The notes below the pieces were generated by a model that did no database searches, was not told the origin of the DNA, and saw only the letters and a list, made by a program, of their open reading frames with translations. From Massalongia carnosa (Eukaryota): DNA of 64,000 nucleotides. The first letter of the stretch is position 1; every line of letters begins with the position of its first letter. Shown here piece after piece: positions 1 through 12,974 of the stretch. The stretch covers positions 2,170,001 to 2,234,000 of the forward strand of contig OZ287071.1 of the NCBI GenBank assembly GCA_965645245.1, in the 5' to 3' direction. Both the position numbers and the translations under genes were made by a program.

Positions 1-628
1 CTCTTCGATTTTAGCCGTCCAACACTTTTGTGTATCTTACTCATCGCAAGCCGTTCTCGTAACAAGATTGTCTCAATGGCGACAATCTCTTCCCTTCTCA
101 CTGCAGTTAGACGGATATTGCCTGTATCTGCGACGATAAGGATTTTATATTCAACTTGAGCTGCTGCGTCGCCTTCAAGTGTCGCAATCTGAAATCCCCG
201 GTGCGTTACTATTGCTACTGCTAGAATGCAATATTCACTTTCAATGAATGCCTGATTATTTCTATCTTGAGTCACAACTCGGACGTGTCACTTTCTGAAA
301 TACGCTAAGGACTTTTTGATTGTTAACATTTTTTGGGGGGGCTTGTAGGCGCCATAGGTTTTGCTTCGAAGCTCTGTGCTAGGTGACTTTCATTTACATA
401 TCACATCAGTAATCCGCGTCTTGAATGTCTTGCACTTTCTCATCACATAGTGCAAACGTCGCTGTTCTCATCATCATTCCCATCACGTGCACTACCTTCA
501 AGCTCAAGAATCTATTTCTACTCTTATTTTTTTTTGAAAAAAATGGCTTTCTTATGGATGAAGAGATTTGCTTGGCTTTCGAGTTCTACGGAGTCTTTGA
601 CTTTGGTCAAATCATGGTCATGGGCGGC

Positions 629-2343
629 CTATGAAATGGCTATCCTGCATGGATAATGATCGGCAGGATGCGCCGAGGCTTCTCCGACTTGATATGCTCT
701 TTCACTTCGATAGGTCTGCACGCCCTGATGAGGATATAGTCGATCTTATTCATTATATGCCGGCTTGAAATCGAATTCTCTTGCTATCATAGTCAGTGTG
801 ATGAGTATTTCAAGCATAGTCAAGTCTTGTTCGACACGATTGCGCGGTCTTCACTCGAAAGCCCATCATGCTTCTTTCCGCGTGTACAGTTTTTGCCCCG
901 GCTTCATCAGTCAGCAGAAAGCATCCGAATTTAATCAGTATTCCGGCGCACGGTGCGTGTTGGTGTGCAAGATTCAGAAAATAGTGTTATTTGTTAAATA
1001 ACGAGCATCTTCGTCGCCAACAAGGTCAGTTTTAGGGATCTCTTGGCGGATGCCCGAACCTGGTGGGAACAGGCGGAGTGTCTCCTTGATGACAGCGGTT
1101 GCATAAGACAAGGAGCGGATTAAAAAGAGGTTCGTTCTCAAAACGGAAGGGAGAACTGCGATGATCGTTCCGAAAACTGCATCATGTCCTGCTCGAAGTC
1201 AAGACATGATATCTAGGTTGAAAGACAAAAGATGAATGGCGTAGCAAATGATATTATTCATAGAATCATGGATTGCGAAAGTGCGGAAATGCAGCTTCAA
1301 ATGTTAACTTCTCCCGCTCTCTGTACTTCCTCGCTGAGAGTCGGTTATATGTTGGAAGGATCAAGTCGATTACTGATTGAGACGTCGAGTTGATCTTGCC
1401 CTGTCGATATTCTTGATATCTTTTATCAAGCTCAGCGTCAATGTACTTGTTTATTTTCTGTCATTTCATTATTGTACCACCAAACGAGGCAGATTGAGCA
1501 ATTCCAGTGAATTAACTTTACGATTTCGCATCTATCAACTGATCTCATGTAGCACATTATTATCAGCAAGCGTATTGTAGCCAGTCTGGGCTTCGAGACA
1601 AGCACTCCAAGCAACACTTTAGCAAGTATATGGCGTAAGGGATTCATTCTATGCGGTAATCGATAGAATTATTTGGCCAATGAAATGCATTATGTAGCGA
1701 AGAGTGATCGGATCAAGTTGGAAAAGATCGCCGCCAAGAGCGAAATTTTTGAGAGTATCTCGATACTTAGTAGCTTCTTCCACCATTCCAGGGACAAGCG
1801 AAGACAAATGATTTGCACTAAAGCCTTCGTTGAATACTGCATGCCACGGCTTCCGTTCCTTTTCAGGCAGATTGGGACCACCAGCTAGAGGCTCAAAGAA
1901 TTGATCCAGCATAGGAGGCCTTTAGCAGGCAATGTGCGAGCTGTTTGAGTCGCTTGTGTCGCTTGTGTGGGTAACATTATCATTAGATATGGCCAGCTGA
2001 AGGGCCATAAATCAAGATAATAACACCCTTGCTGCGAAAATCTACGAATGATCTCACTGAAGATAAGAGTCTTATGGGCCATTCAAGGAATTGTGGAGGA
2101 AATTCCCGGGAGAAACAAAAGATTGCTAAAAGCCTAGTTCCATCCCGGCGACACAGGCTTTCCTACGGTCAGAAATGCCATCCGCGCTATATGAATCCTT
2201 GAATCTTACCAGGCCTTGCTTTCGAAGCTTGGCAAAGTGCATCCGAACACGGTAGAACTTCAACTTCACATGCAAGAGAAAGCTTGCGATGGACACAGCA
2301 AGTGAAGTAACGATGATCTCTGACACGACCGTCCCGCTAACAT
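629..2343 (-). pseudogene. Cytochrome P450 pseudogene (StcS/AflN-VerA-like)
   Basis: Manual minus-strand translation gives YYLDLWPF, FFEPLAGGPNL, WHAVFNEGFSANHL, K-helix AVIKETLRLFPP and C-terminal ERAYQV..AHPADHYPCRI. It has several in-frame stops and frameshifts, the PER motif is missing, and the heme loop reads AFE*RPRNRVEQ (Cys to Arg). Confidence 0.9.
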
Positions 2344-3849
2344 CTTTAGAGGACCTGAAAAGAGCATAATTCCCGTTAGTTGAGAAAGCCAGAGGGAAAA
2401 AACAGTGCTTTGTTGTCGACAATGTTTGTATTCTTCAGCGCCAGAAGAAGCACAGGAAGTAATACCGTAGTTGAAGAGCGGAGTTGAAATCCCATGTTTC
2501 GGCTCCAAGCGCCCAAGGCTCAGGCAGGCATCCACGATAAATTGGCAACATTAATGATGGAGAGCGAGCACATTGATGAGATAGGAGACTTCAGAGTCGA
2601 GACGTAATGTGGTACAGAGTAAGGTTGAAACAAAAGGCTGAATAGTTTCAAGTATCACAAACAAATGTCGTGCATCTGCATGCATGAGTACGTATGTATC
2701 CATCGAAACCAGATCAAAACCAAGATGGTTCTTGTGTACATGGTATTGATGTTTACACGTTTCGTTTCTTTCGTTACCAAGAAATATACTTAAGCCATCG
2801 CTGACATGGGATGAGATCAATGAAAGTGCGAGTAAATGCGCAGCATCTGAGATGCGGTACCATATCAAAAGCTTCTCTTTTCAACCGTATCCCCCGACAT
2901 GCAGAGGGAAATTTTCAGGTAGTGGGTTCGTCACTTCCTGGATCTCGGTCTACCCTGGAAGTATACCGTGATTCCACTCACCTTTAGATATGACTGGCCC
3001 AAGCAGGCTGCATATGCACAGGGAACATGAAGTACGTGAACGGCAAAGAAAGAGGGCAATGCAGAGTACTGATAAGGAAGACAAGTTGTTGACATTTATG
3101 CTAACAAGGATTTTCATAGCCCAGCTTCAAAATCTAGCCTTTTCTCTAAAGTTTGGCGGCCTTAACCACGCTTGGCAGTTTTTCCATGGCAAGTTGTGTG
3201 ATGTGTCACGTATGGGTTCTACTTCTAGTAGTTGGGAGTTTCCCATTGCTGTGCCATACTGATCAGCCTTTTTCCTGGCATAGCGGTAAAGATTCCCTCC
3301 GTTCACGCTTTATAGTATGGATTGTCAGCGGTTCCTACATTCTTCCAAATCAAAGGGGTGTACTCTGTACTCTGTAAGTCCTTTTCAACCAAGTTTAAAA
3401 TCGTGTGTACACCTATTGGACCAAGATGTCACTGGGAGAAGATGTGCGTTGAAAATAGGCAAGATATTGACAACCATCAGTATTTTTGGGGCGCAAATTC
3501 TGACCCACGAGTCAACTGTTGATTTTTTTATTGTCACATGGGTTGGCCGTAGCGTAGCGTAGCTACGCCGTATGCGTGTTCAAATTATTCAATTGGATTG
3601 AGTTGATGACATACATGACTTCGGTTTTCCCTATAATACGACGCCGACCTAACTTTGATACTAAGACACTTGTTGGAAAATGCGACCTGGTGTTCAGTAT
3701 GACAAGTTCCAGATACAGCTACAGATATAGCCTATGTTTTCTCTAACCAATACTTATCCATCCTTACTTGTATTTTTGCGAACGGTCCTGGGCAGGATAT
3801 CAAAGTTGAATGTCATACTTTAAATATAGTTGGTCGCATCACCAAGCGA

Positions 3850-4500
3850 ACTTTCTTGATTAAAAAACCCCTATTTTCTGTGAACCATTGGAGTTAGCAT
3901 ATTGCTTTCAGTTATCAACGGTTATATTTTTTGTTCTTGTTTTAACTAATCTTTGCACGCTACTTTTCATTTGCATTCAAATACAAAAACAGTTTGGTTT
4001 CGACGAGGGTTTTATTATTTTCGGTGCCATCATGCTTTATTTCTGCAATGTGGGGATGTTGTTTCATTTTGTCGATGAGATGTATATTTCTGAAGCCTCA
4101 TTATTACATGAGAAATGGGTTGCACTTTCTATCGATGTTATTGATCAGGCGTTGGGATTTCAGAAATGGGCGGCTGTTAACCTCATTATTATTTCGGCGG
4201 CCACAAACGCGGTGAGGTTTAGCTTCCTATACTTGTTCGAAAACTAATAGATCGTATCCGGTGGATCGTCTTGTACTAGTGGTTTACTATTTCCTATATT
4301 ATAGTAGTGGGGATTTGTGGGGTCTAATCCTACATCGTGGTTTGCCCGAAATTCGATAGCTATGAAAGTTGTAAGAGCACCATCAGGCTATCGCTGAAAA
4401 TTCAATCAGCTGAAATTGCCGGTAGTGGCTTGTTCTCAGGGCCCCCGTCGAAGGATCACTGTGGCATATTCAATCTCCCAAATGTTTTGGATATCGACGA
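3850..4500 (+). pseudogene. Degenerate Pth11-like (fungal rhodopsin-domain) membrane protein fragment
   Basis: FGFDEGFIIFG...FVDEMYISE...QKWAAV...AVRFSFLYLF, then after a frameshift KLIDRIRWIVLY*W...YIVVCPKF and TVAYSISQM. Contains stops and is truncated; boundaries approximate. Confidence 0.7.
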
Positions 4501-5282
4501 AGAATAGCCACTATCAGCCCATGCCGCAAGCGCCACCACACACAGTGGGAATAAAGCATGAGATCGTCACCTAGATATATGTTATGGCGTACGAATTAAC
4601 ACAAGGCATTGACGTGGAAACTGTTGAAGGATGGCACCTAGCTTTAAGCTAACGTTTCCAACCCCAACCATGAGGTGTCCACCCCCTATTTTTGGATAAC
4701 CTTGTCCTCTAAGCTCTATACATTCATGATAACAAAAATAGGTCTGCAACTCGAAACCTCAATTGTGGTTAGGGACCAATCCCAAATACGGCCGGTAAAG
4801 GTTTCCCAATACATTGTCAAAACCAACAGGCTTCCCTTTTTTATGGTCGGCGCATTTCAACGCCAATGAGGAAAACGTCGTTTTGGAACTTTGTGACTAG
4901 GATAACTTCCTACTAGTTACAACCAGCTACGAAAACCTCTTTCGTCAAGCCTCAGCTATTAGACTGGCGTTTCACCCCGTTTAATGTCCTCTGTACCTGC
5001 TGGCAGCGGCATGAAGCTAACGGAACGTAGGTATGAGCTAAGCAGGGAAACAGAACAATTTAGCAGTCGGAGACTAGCCGTCAGTTTTTCAAGCTTTATA
5101 ATGACATACGCTGTCCGTCAGCCATGGAGCTGGCCGGAAAACAGCCACGCAGGACGTCACGTGACTAAACAACGATGCTCCAAATACAAATCCGATTTAT
5201 TTCCTAAATTTTCCTACTCTTTCTCATCCATTCTTGGTCTTCGCGTCTCCATATATCTATTTTTCTAGCCAGGAGTTTCAGA

Positions 5283-6002
5283 ATGCATACCTTTCCCCAT
5301 AGCACCCCATCTCGTGCGTCTGCACCCATCCGCATCAACAAAGAAACTCCCACCACGGAAAGTGCCCCTTTTCCTTTATCTCGCCCATTCCCTAGGTGCT
5401 CCACCAACCCTTTGTTCCCCAAACTTCCATTTCCAGTACATGCCCACCAGGAAAAAAAAAGCTCCCCAGCTCCTCTCTTCGTAACCCGAACCTTCCCCAC
5501 AGAAAAATCGCAGTGCTCCCGCTTCTTCGTTCCTTTCCGTTCAATACACCTTTAAAAATATCCCGATACCCAACTAGTCTCCCCCTTCCTCCAAGCTTCT
5601 CATCCCCCGGCCCCAATGACCCGAAAACCCCGCGAAATCAGCTACGCGCGATCGCTCGTCCCGCTCATCTTCGCCGCCAACATCGAGCGCAAAAGACTCC
5701 AAGTAAAAGCCCCCCCTTTCACAAAAAAAAAAAAAAAAACACCCCCCCCCTAACCCCGCCGGAAACCCCAACAGCACCGCCACTCCATGTTCGCCCTCCC
5801 GCACCCCCCCTACGCCCCCGCCCGCGCCACTCGCCGCATCTCCGTCGGGAAACGCGATCGCGCGTGCGCCAACTTGCAGCTCCTGCGTGAGTTCTCGCCA
5901 TGTGGTGGAGAGGGAGAGGGGAGAGGGGAGCGGGGAGAGGGGAGAGATGGAAGAAAACAGGAGGGGGGGGGGGGCGTTACGGGGGTGAAGTGTGTTCATT
6001 GA
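5283..6002 (+). CDS. Possible small spliced orphan gene, unknown function
   Basis: A phase-0 intron at 5703-5774 (GTAAAAG...CTAAC...CAG) joins ...SLVPLIFAANIERKRLQ to HRHSMFALPHPP...KCVH*. The 5' exons and start codon are unresolved. Confidence 0.3.
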
Positions 6003-6508
6003 ATGAGGTTTTTGGACCGTATCAGGCTTTGAAAAAACCAAATAAATAAATAAAATAAAAAGATAATGTTACATACCGTAGTTTTCCTCGGAAAAATTAA
6101 AAGTAAAAAAAGATTTTCCGGATTTCCTGTCTTCTTCTTCTTCCTTCTTCCATCCCATCCCCCTGAAAGAACCTAACTAAACTTTTACATACTGTCTCAG
6201 TCCTAAGTCATAACTAAAAAAGAAAAAAACCATCTATATAATTATTTAAAGTTAAACAACTCCCGGTTTCTGAACTACAAATGCCCCGAGAAACCCCCCC
6301 ATACAGGGAAGAATGAGAATAACGAATATGTACAACAAAACCGCAGACGAGAGCAGAACCCCGCCCCCCCCCCACTTTTCGCCGGAAACCACAAAAACAT
6401 ACCTCCCATGCAGGTCATGTGCTAGAAAATACACGATGCAGGCAAAGTATGTACAACGAACGATAAACCCTACAGCTTTCTGCCCTAGCCGGCCTTTCCC
6501 CGGGAGAG

Positions 6509-7707
6509 TTATAAACAAAACAGGGCCCCTAAAACGCCCGCCCACAAGGCCGATAGCCACCACCTCACCACCGGCAACGGTGCCGCCCAGCTCGTCGGGT
6601 TCGGCACGCCGTTGACCGTCTGATTGACTGCTTTCCCCTTGTCCTGGGAGAAAAAGTACACTTTCGCCTTCTCCGTGCCATCCGGGGGGGCGGTTACTTC
6701 TGGAACCGGGCAAACCGCTTGGGTGCTTGTGGGATTGTTGCATCGCCGTTTCCAGTCATCATGGCGCTTCGGCTCCGACGAGTTAAAATACGCCTTGAAG
6801 TATTCGACCGTCACGGTTGCATCCTCCGTCGGAGGGCCTGCGCTCCATTCGGGATCGCCGTTGCTCCAGTGCGAGAGCGTGATATGCCCCGCGGCCGTGG
6901 GGACGGCATTGGTCATGCTGCTGAGGAGTTGGCCGTCGGCGTAAAAGGTAACGTTGTCGGGGGACCAGTCGAAGCGGTATTCGTGGAAGCCGTCCGAAGG
7001 GGGGAACGGGAGCGGGATCACCTTGAAGGTGCCGGTGTGGGAGGCGTCGAAGCCGTCGCGCGCGGAGTCGGGCGACTGTAGGACTAGGTTGACGGGGTTG
7101 TCGTTGCTGCTGTACTCTTTGGACAGGAATTCCATGTCGATTTCTTGGGTGTCGTTGAAGTACTGTTCGTAGATTACGTTAGCACCTGCATTCATGGCTG
7201 GCCGGGCGTGTGGAAGCCGGTGGAGGTCACGACATTGAGTAAGCGCAAACATACCCAGAAAAACGCGGCGCAAGTCCCATTCGTCCCTGTCATCTTCATG
7301 CCTGCACGAAAGCTGCCGTACAGCAAATCCGTCCGATAGGTCGACACTTCGGCCATGGGGATCAATTTATCCTCTGGGATCCCACCCCTCACGATCAGCT
7401 GCAGCCCCGCATCCCCGCCCAGGGTCCCCTCGCCCAACGGATTTTGTGCATTCTTCAAGGGATTCGGCACCACGTTGTCCTCGGCCGCGGACTTGCCGTA
7501 AGGTCCCCGAGCCTCCGTCGGCGTCACCGTGTATGTTTGCGGCACCCAGTCGGCGGAGATTTGGTCTGCGGTGAGGAAATTTGTCTCGATGAGGTCGGTG
7601 TAGAGGGCGGATCCGACGCTGTAGCCACATTCGCAGTCGGAGCGAACCAGGATGGGAAGGAGGAGAGCCACGAAGATGGCGAAAATGCTGCTGGGGAGGG
7701 CAAACAT
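6509..7707 (-). CDS. Glycoside hydrolase family 16 protein, secreted, probable GPI anchor or C-terminal TM
   Basis: Exons 7707-7255 and 7162-6509 (GTATGT...CTAAC...CAG intron). Signal peptide then DCECGY, YGSFRAGMK, catalytic QEIDMEFLS, FHEYRFDW, HWSNGDPEWSAGPP, and a hydrophobic C-terminus. Confidence 0.92.
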
Positions 7708-8956
7708 GATCAACTGCGCACGGTACGGTGTGTTGGTGCCCTGATTCGGGAAAAAAAATCCAAACAATCCAAAATGAAGCGGTTAGGGGGGATGGGATAA
7801 ACTAGATGCTGTACATTTATGGAATGCGTGCGGGTGAGTGGGGATGGAGGACGACAGAGCAAAGCTTATTCGCGTAAAGTATGAACGTTCAACGACTAAA
7901 AGGTCGCGGTGGTGGAAGCTCTTCGTTCTTGGAGGTCGCGACTCCCTTCGAGTGGCGGAGACGATCCATCTCGATACGTTTGTGGGAACGGGAGCTTAGT
8001 TCTGACATGGATGGTAGCATGCTACTCCAGAGTTCGTTAGTTGATGCCAGCGGATGCCGTGTTCGAACGAAGCCGACGACCCGATTCACTCGCTGTCGTT
8101 CAAAACCAATCGCTACGTATGCACAACCATGCAGGTCCCAAAGCATACACCTTGCAGTTACAGAGTACATATGCACTGCACGGTTCACGGCACACGGCAC
8201 ACGGCGCGTACGAAGTACAAAGTATTATTCCTCACGATGCATGTACACTGTAAATACACTTATCATCCACCATCAAAACCCAGTGTACCTCTGTAATACT
8301 TTCCCTCAAACTCTCTCTCATCCTCTCCGCACGTGACCCACTCACGCAGAGTTTCTCCACAACAAAACCGACTAACCTAATTGAAATAAATGGAGCAAAG
8401 GATAAAACCACCTGCCTTCCACCACCTCTAGTTAGTTACATGGTTTATCTCCCCCTACTCTGTGCAGAGTAAGTACTCACATCGCCCCCTAAACAACCCT
8501 ACCCTTCGACATACCATCAGTGGAAATAAAAAAGCGTACTGTGAAACGCTAACTCAAACACCCGCCTAACTAGCCACACACACACCTAGCTATCTATCTC
8601 AGAATCCAGTAACCGACTACCCGCAAAACTCACACGTTGAGAAATCCGTTCAGGTGGAAAGATAGAAGTCCGTTTTCCGGTCCGTCTGGCGGATGACTCA
8701 ACCTACCATGTTGGAAGGATTGTAGGGTGTGGGCATGGGACCTAGACAACCGTAGTGCGCGCTTTGAGAGACGATACGTCAAGGGAGGTACACAGTTATT
8801 TGAGATGCGCTGCGAGAGCACATGACGGACGGATCCGCATACCAGCGTACTCGGTATGAAAGGTGCGGTTCATCGCCAGAACCCTCCCTCCCACCCCCGT
8901 CCGCAACAACGGAGACCCAAGCCCCAAACTAGCGCCCTCCTCTGTCAATCCCCCGA

Positions 8957-10519
8957 TTAATGTACACATATCACCTCCCCGAACCCATCTCGCCACAGCA
9001 GACTCCCAACCACAATAATCATCAAGCTCAAGCCAGCCCCAACGCTCGTCCCACCGTACACGTATGCCCTCCCCTTGCGCAACCCCTTCAGCTCGGCCAC
9101 CCAGGTGCTGACCGTAGTAAAGCAGCCGCAAAATCCGTCCATAGCCCCCTGCAATGCCTGGCAGCCCACTCGGCCACCTAGTGGCACGTGCTGCAGGTCG
9201 AAGAAGGCACCCTCGAGGGCGGTGCCGAGCATGTTGACCGTGAAGGTGCCGACCGGGAACCAGGGTAAGACGCCGTTCAAATGGCGCGAGACGTAGAAGC
9301 GGAGGAGGCAGCCCGGCGGCGCGAACGCCAGGGCGAAGAGTACTTGGCCTCGCCATGTTGAATGATGAGGGGAAGGCCAGATGGTCAGAATGATAGCGGC
9401 AAGCCAGGCGAACCAGGCGAGGAGGACGACGGCGCGGTCAAGGACCTTGCGCGTGAACAGGTAGGGGATGGAAGGGGTAATGCGATCGAGGGCTCGGGCA
9501 ATGTGCGACCCGAGTTGGAGGGCGCCGAGGGAGAGTATCGTAGTGATTATGATGACAGCAAGGACAGCGAGGAAGCCATAGCCTGGGTTACGGGCTACTG
9601 GGGGTGTGGGGGTGATGGTGGGGTCAGGTAGGGTATTGGAGAGGGCAAGGAAGGCGTCGCGAATGAAGGATGAGAAGGAGGTAAAGGAACCGCAAAATCC
9701 GGTTGCGAGGCCGATGTAGAGAGGTATGACTTTCTTAGCGGCGACCTGCTCTTCTGCTGCCATGGCGTTGAGCGCCTCCGTGTTGTCGTAGCAAGATTGA
9801 GGATGACCTTCTTCATCTCCCTGTCTTCGTTCCTGTACCAGGGTTGGATTCCCCCATTCTTCAGAAAATAGCTTGTGATCTTCTAATAAAAACCCCAAGA
9901 TTAGGCTGCCGGTGAAGTTAGCCCACAACACTCCCACTTGTACGGGGGCGCCGGGGTAAAATGTCAAGGCTTGAAGTCCCAGGCGGGCGAGAGTGCCAAG
10001 GAGAGAGAAGAAGATAAGGTAGGAGACCGTATAGAGTTCGGTCGCCAGTTTGGAAACCCGTGTATGCTCGGATAAAGGAGGCTTTGGTATTGATGTTGTT
10101 TGATTGGACGAGTGCGGAGATGAGGTCGTTCCTAGGGAATGTGACCGAAGATTGTGACATATCCCAGGCTGCACCGCATGTCCGCTTTCTCTGCAGACGT
10201 GGGCATCTTCGTCTAAGTCTGGACCGTGCTCAAGCGCCGTCCTCAGATCTTCCAGCTGGGTTTGTCGGCGCGCGGCTGCGATGCTGTTGAGTTGACCCAA
10301 CTCTACCAGATCTGCGTCCTCCTCGATGCTTTCCCGGGTGAGATCTTCGGTCAGTGAAAGAGCTCTCTGTCTCGCATCCCGCTCTCGCAATTCGTTGTAT
10401 CTTTCTCTCGGAAAATCATATTGCCCAGTCAAAGAAAGCTCCGTAGGAGATGGTACTTGTATGCCGTCATGACTGGTATGAGTATCCGGAACGTTCAGGG
10501 TGGCCTTGTTCAAAAGCAT
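8957..10519 (-). CDS. FEX1: Fluoride export protein (two CrcB/Fluc domains)
   Basis: GTLARLGL, WANFTGSLILG, GLATGFCGSFTSFSSF (first Fluc motif), PPGCLLRFY, PVGTFTVNMLG, DGFCGCFTTVSTWVAE (second motif). First ATG of the ORF is at 10519; the true start is uncertain. Confidence 0.93.
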   Translation of the reverse strand: MLLNKATLNVPDTHTSHDGIQVPSPTELSLTGQYDFPRERYNELRERDARQRALSLTEDLTRESIEEDADLVELGQLNSIAAARRQTQLEDLRTALEHGPDLDEDAHVCRESGHAVQPGICHNLRSHSLGTTSSPHSSNQTTSIPKPPLSEHTRVSKLATELYTVSYLIFFSLLGTLARLGLQALTFYPGAPVQVGVLWANFTGSLILGFLLEDHKLFSEEWGNPTLVQERRQGDEEGHPQSCYDNTEALNAMAAEEQVAAKKVIPLYIGLATGFCGSFTSFSSFIRDAFLALSNTLPDPTITPTPPVARNPGYGFLAVLAVIIITTILSLGALQLGSHIARALDRITPSIPYLFTRKVLDRAVVLLAWFAWLAAIILTIWPSPHHSTWRGQVLFALAFAPPGCLLRFYVSRHLNGVLPWFPVGTFTVNMLGTALEGAFFDLQHVPLGGRVGCQALQGAMDGFCGCFTTVSTWVAELKGLRKGRAYVYGGTSVGAGLSLMIIVVGSLLWRDGFGEVICVH

Positions 10520-10862
10520 GTTTTGTAATCTGATGCCTGTCGTCCGTGTGTTCTTCTGCAACAGGCAGGAATGATTGATTCAAGAATGAGGTCGACCATC
10601 TTGATGATCGTCAAGACGGATGAGGGAATTGCATCAGCACATGTGAAGAAAGACTAAATCTTGATGGGAAGTTCAAGCCTTCCAGCAGGTCCTTTGCTTT
10701 AGAAGTGCCCCGCCCAGAAGCTTTGTCCCCCCGCCGCCACTAAACCGGTTTCCTCCTCCACAAACTCAGTCGAGCTCATAACTTTTCACCTTTTCCTCCA
10801 TAACGGGTTTAACTTCCCAGTGCTCCCACCAACGTCATAGCAGGCTTCTGCTACTCGCATAA

Positions 10863-11765
10863 ATGGCCACTACAAGTTCCCTTCCCGCAAACGTACACAT
10901 ATCCACCCACCCCTGCCTGCTAGCCAAACTTTCTCACCTACGCTCTTGCCGCACCAACGCGCGCGAAACCAAATCGCTCGTGCATGAAATCGCGCTGATC
11001 CTGGGCTGCGAGGCGCTGGCGGGGTCTGTACATATTTCGCCTAACGGTACCGTGAGCCTGTTCTCTTTGCGTATATGCTTTCGTCGGGGTGGAACGATGT
11101 ACATAACTCGGCTTTGTAGAGATTGGTGCAATTATGGTGGACTTTTGGGTTATGTTGTACTATACGAGCGAAGAACAGCTGTTCTGATCTTTTCCTCGCC
11201 TTCTGCGGAGAGAATATGTAGGATGAGACGCCGTTGGGATATAATTATACGGCGGAAACCATAGGCCCGAATATAGCGCTGGTCCCGATTTTACGTTCGG
11301 GCTTAGGCATGCTGGAAGGTACCGTCCCCCCAGCGCGCCACCGTCGGAATTCACTAATAAACCTGTCTCACCCAAGCGTTGCAAACCCTCCTCCCAACAT
11401 CCGTGCCCGTCCATCACCTAGGCCTCTTCCGCGACCCCCACACCCTTGCTCCAGTTGAATATTACAACAATCTCCCTTCCTCCCAACCCATCCCGCCCCT
11501 CGCCATCCTCCTCGATCCCGTAATCGCAACCGGCGGCACCGCCGTTGCTGCCATCCAGACCCTCCTTGAATGGGGGGTGCACAAAGTGCTGGTGCTAAGC
11601 GTACTAGGCAGTGAGGGAGGTGTAAGAAGGGCGGCAGAGGAGGGTGGGGCTGAAAGAGTAGAGGTATGGGTGGGAAAGTTGGACGGCAAGGTAAATGAAA
11701 AGGGGATGATTGTGCCAGGGTTAGGAGACGTGGGGGATAGACTGTTCTTGACATTAGGGAAATAG
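10863..11765 (+). CDS. uprt: Uracil phosphoribosyltransferase
   Basis: Exons 10863-11051, 11222-11318, 11377-11765. Motifs HPCLLAKLSHLR, LVPILRSGLGM, HHLGLFRD, EYYNNLP, PRPP loop LLDPVIATGGT, IVPGLGDVGDRLF. Confidence 0.95.
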
Positions 11766-12974
11766 AGGCCGTGAAAGAATGGAGAGGGAGAATGGAAGGG
11801 GAGGAAGGTAGCGCTAGGCTATTGCACAATAACTAGACTCTTAACAATGACTCTTCCTGGATGAGGGCAGCGTTAGAAATTGACGTTGGCTCACCAAGAC
11901 CCAGATGTTTGAATCTCTCTCTATACTTGTATAGAGAGAGATGACGAGAACTAAGAATGTGGCAAGATATTTTGCAGAGGAAACAATGTGGCAAAGATGC
12001 TAGGAACGTCTCCCAAAGTGAATACATAAGCGGAGCTGTATCAAGAAAAAATTTATCTTGAAACGCAAATTTCGGTATGAAGAATGTAATAAAAACATCT
12101 GTGAACCAGGACTATATCAATTGAACACTTCACATCGCGTGGAATCTAGATGCCTTATTCAGTCAGTTTTGATGTCTAACTATTCCAGTGTATTTACAAG
12201 GCTTTCTTATTCCAAAGGTTGCCTAGCTAGTCTTGAGCATACTGATGTTATCAATGAGATGGCAATGACCCTATCCTTTTTTTGAAAACGTAAATTCGGA
12301 TTTGAAGCCCCCGCTAAAAAAAATCAAGCTGCCTTCATGACCTCTGTTTCCTCGCCGTAACCTCCATTCACATGCTAGTAGGTTTAGGTTTATTCTGATC
12401 CTGCTTGTACAACTGAGCAATGCGAGGTCGCCGAAGAATGAATTGTGGGGGATAAGCCATCTCATAGCAGAGAGCGATACGTGACTCAGCCTCCAGGATC
12501 TTCATCCAGTGACCGAGACAGCAAGATATAGTGGAACAACTGACAACACTCGTATGAAACAGATGTTGAACCGGAAAATCAATCTCCCGAGATAGTTTGG
12601 CGAATTCAATTCTCAAACTAGACTAGGCAGATCTGGCCTTACTAGGTAGTCGCTTACTTCTACAAATTCGACTTAGCGTGCTTAGTACATGGGGTTTCCC
12701 TGGTTGGTATCAACAACGGCTTAAATTACCCGGTTACTTTCTTATGACCATGTTTATGATCGCTTCATGTTTATTTCATCACTCTGAATCTCACGGCCAG
12801 AATATTCCTCACTGCAATCTCTATTTATATACATTCCTTCACCCCGTATTTTACGTCGACCATGTTCACCATGCAGCTAAACCAACATCTGCCGCGGTGA
12901 GACCATTTACGTCGTCTCCGAAGATGCCGGCGGAGATGGGCGCAACCCTTTCTTCTCCTGCCTTATAATCAGCT

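Noticed and set aside
1..255. Open minus-strand frame running off the window edge (…QIATLEGDAAAQVEYKILIV…)
   Set aside because: Short, no start or recognisable domain; needs the adjacent window.
10520..10862. Fluoride (crcB) riboswitch upstream of FEX
   Set aside because: Only an isolated GCTGATG is present; the GGCGATGG..CGCC pseudoknot core is absent.
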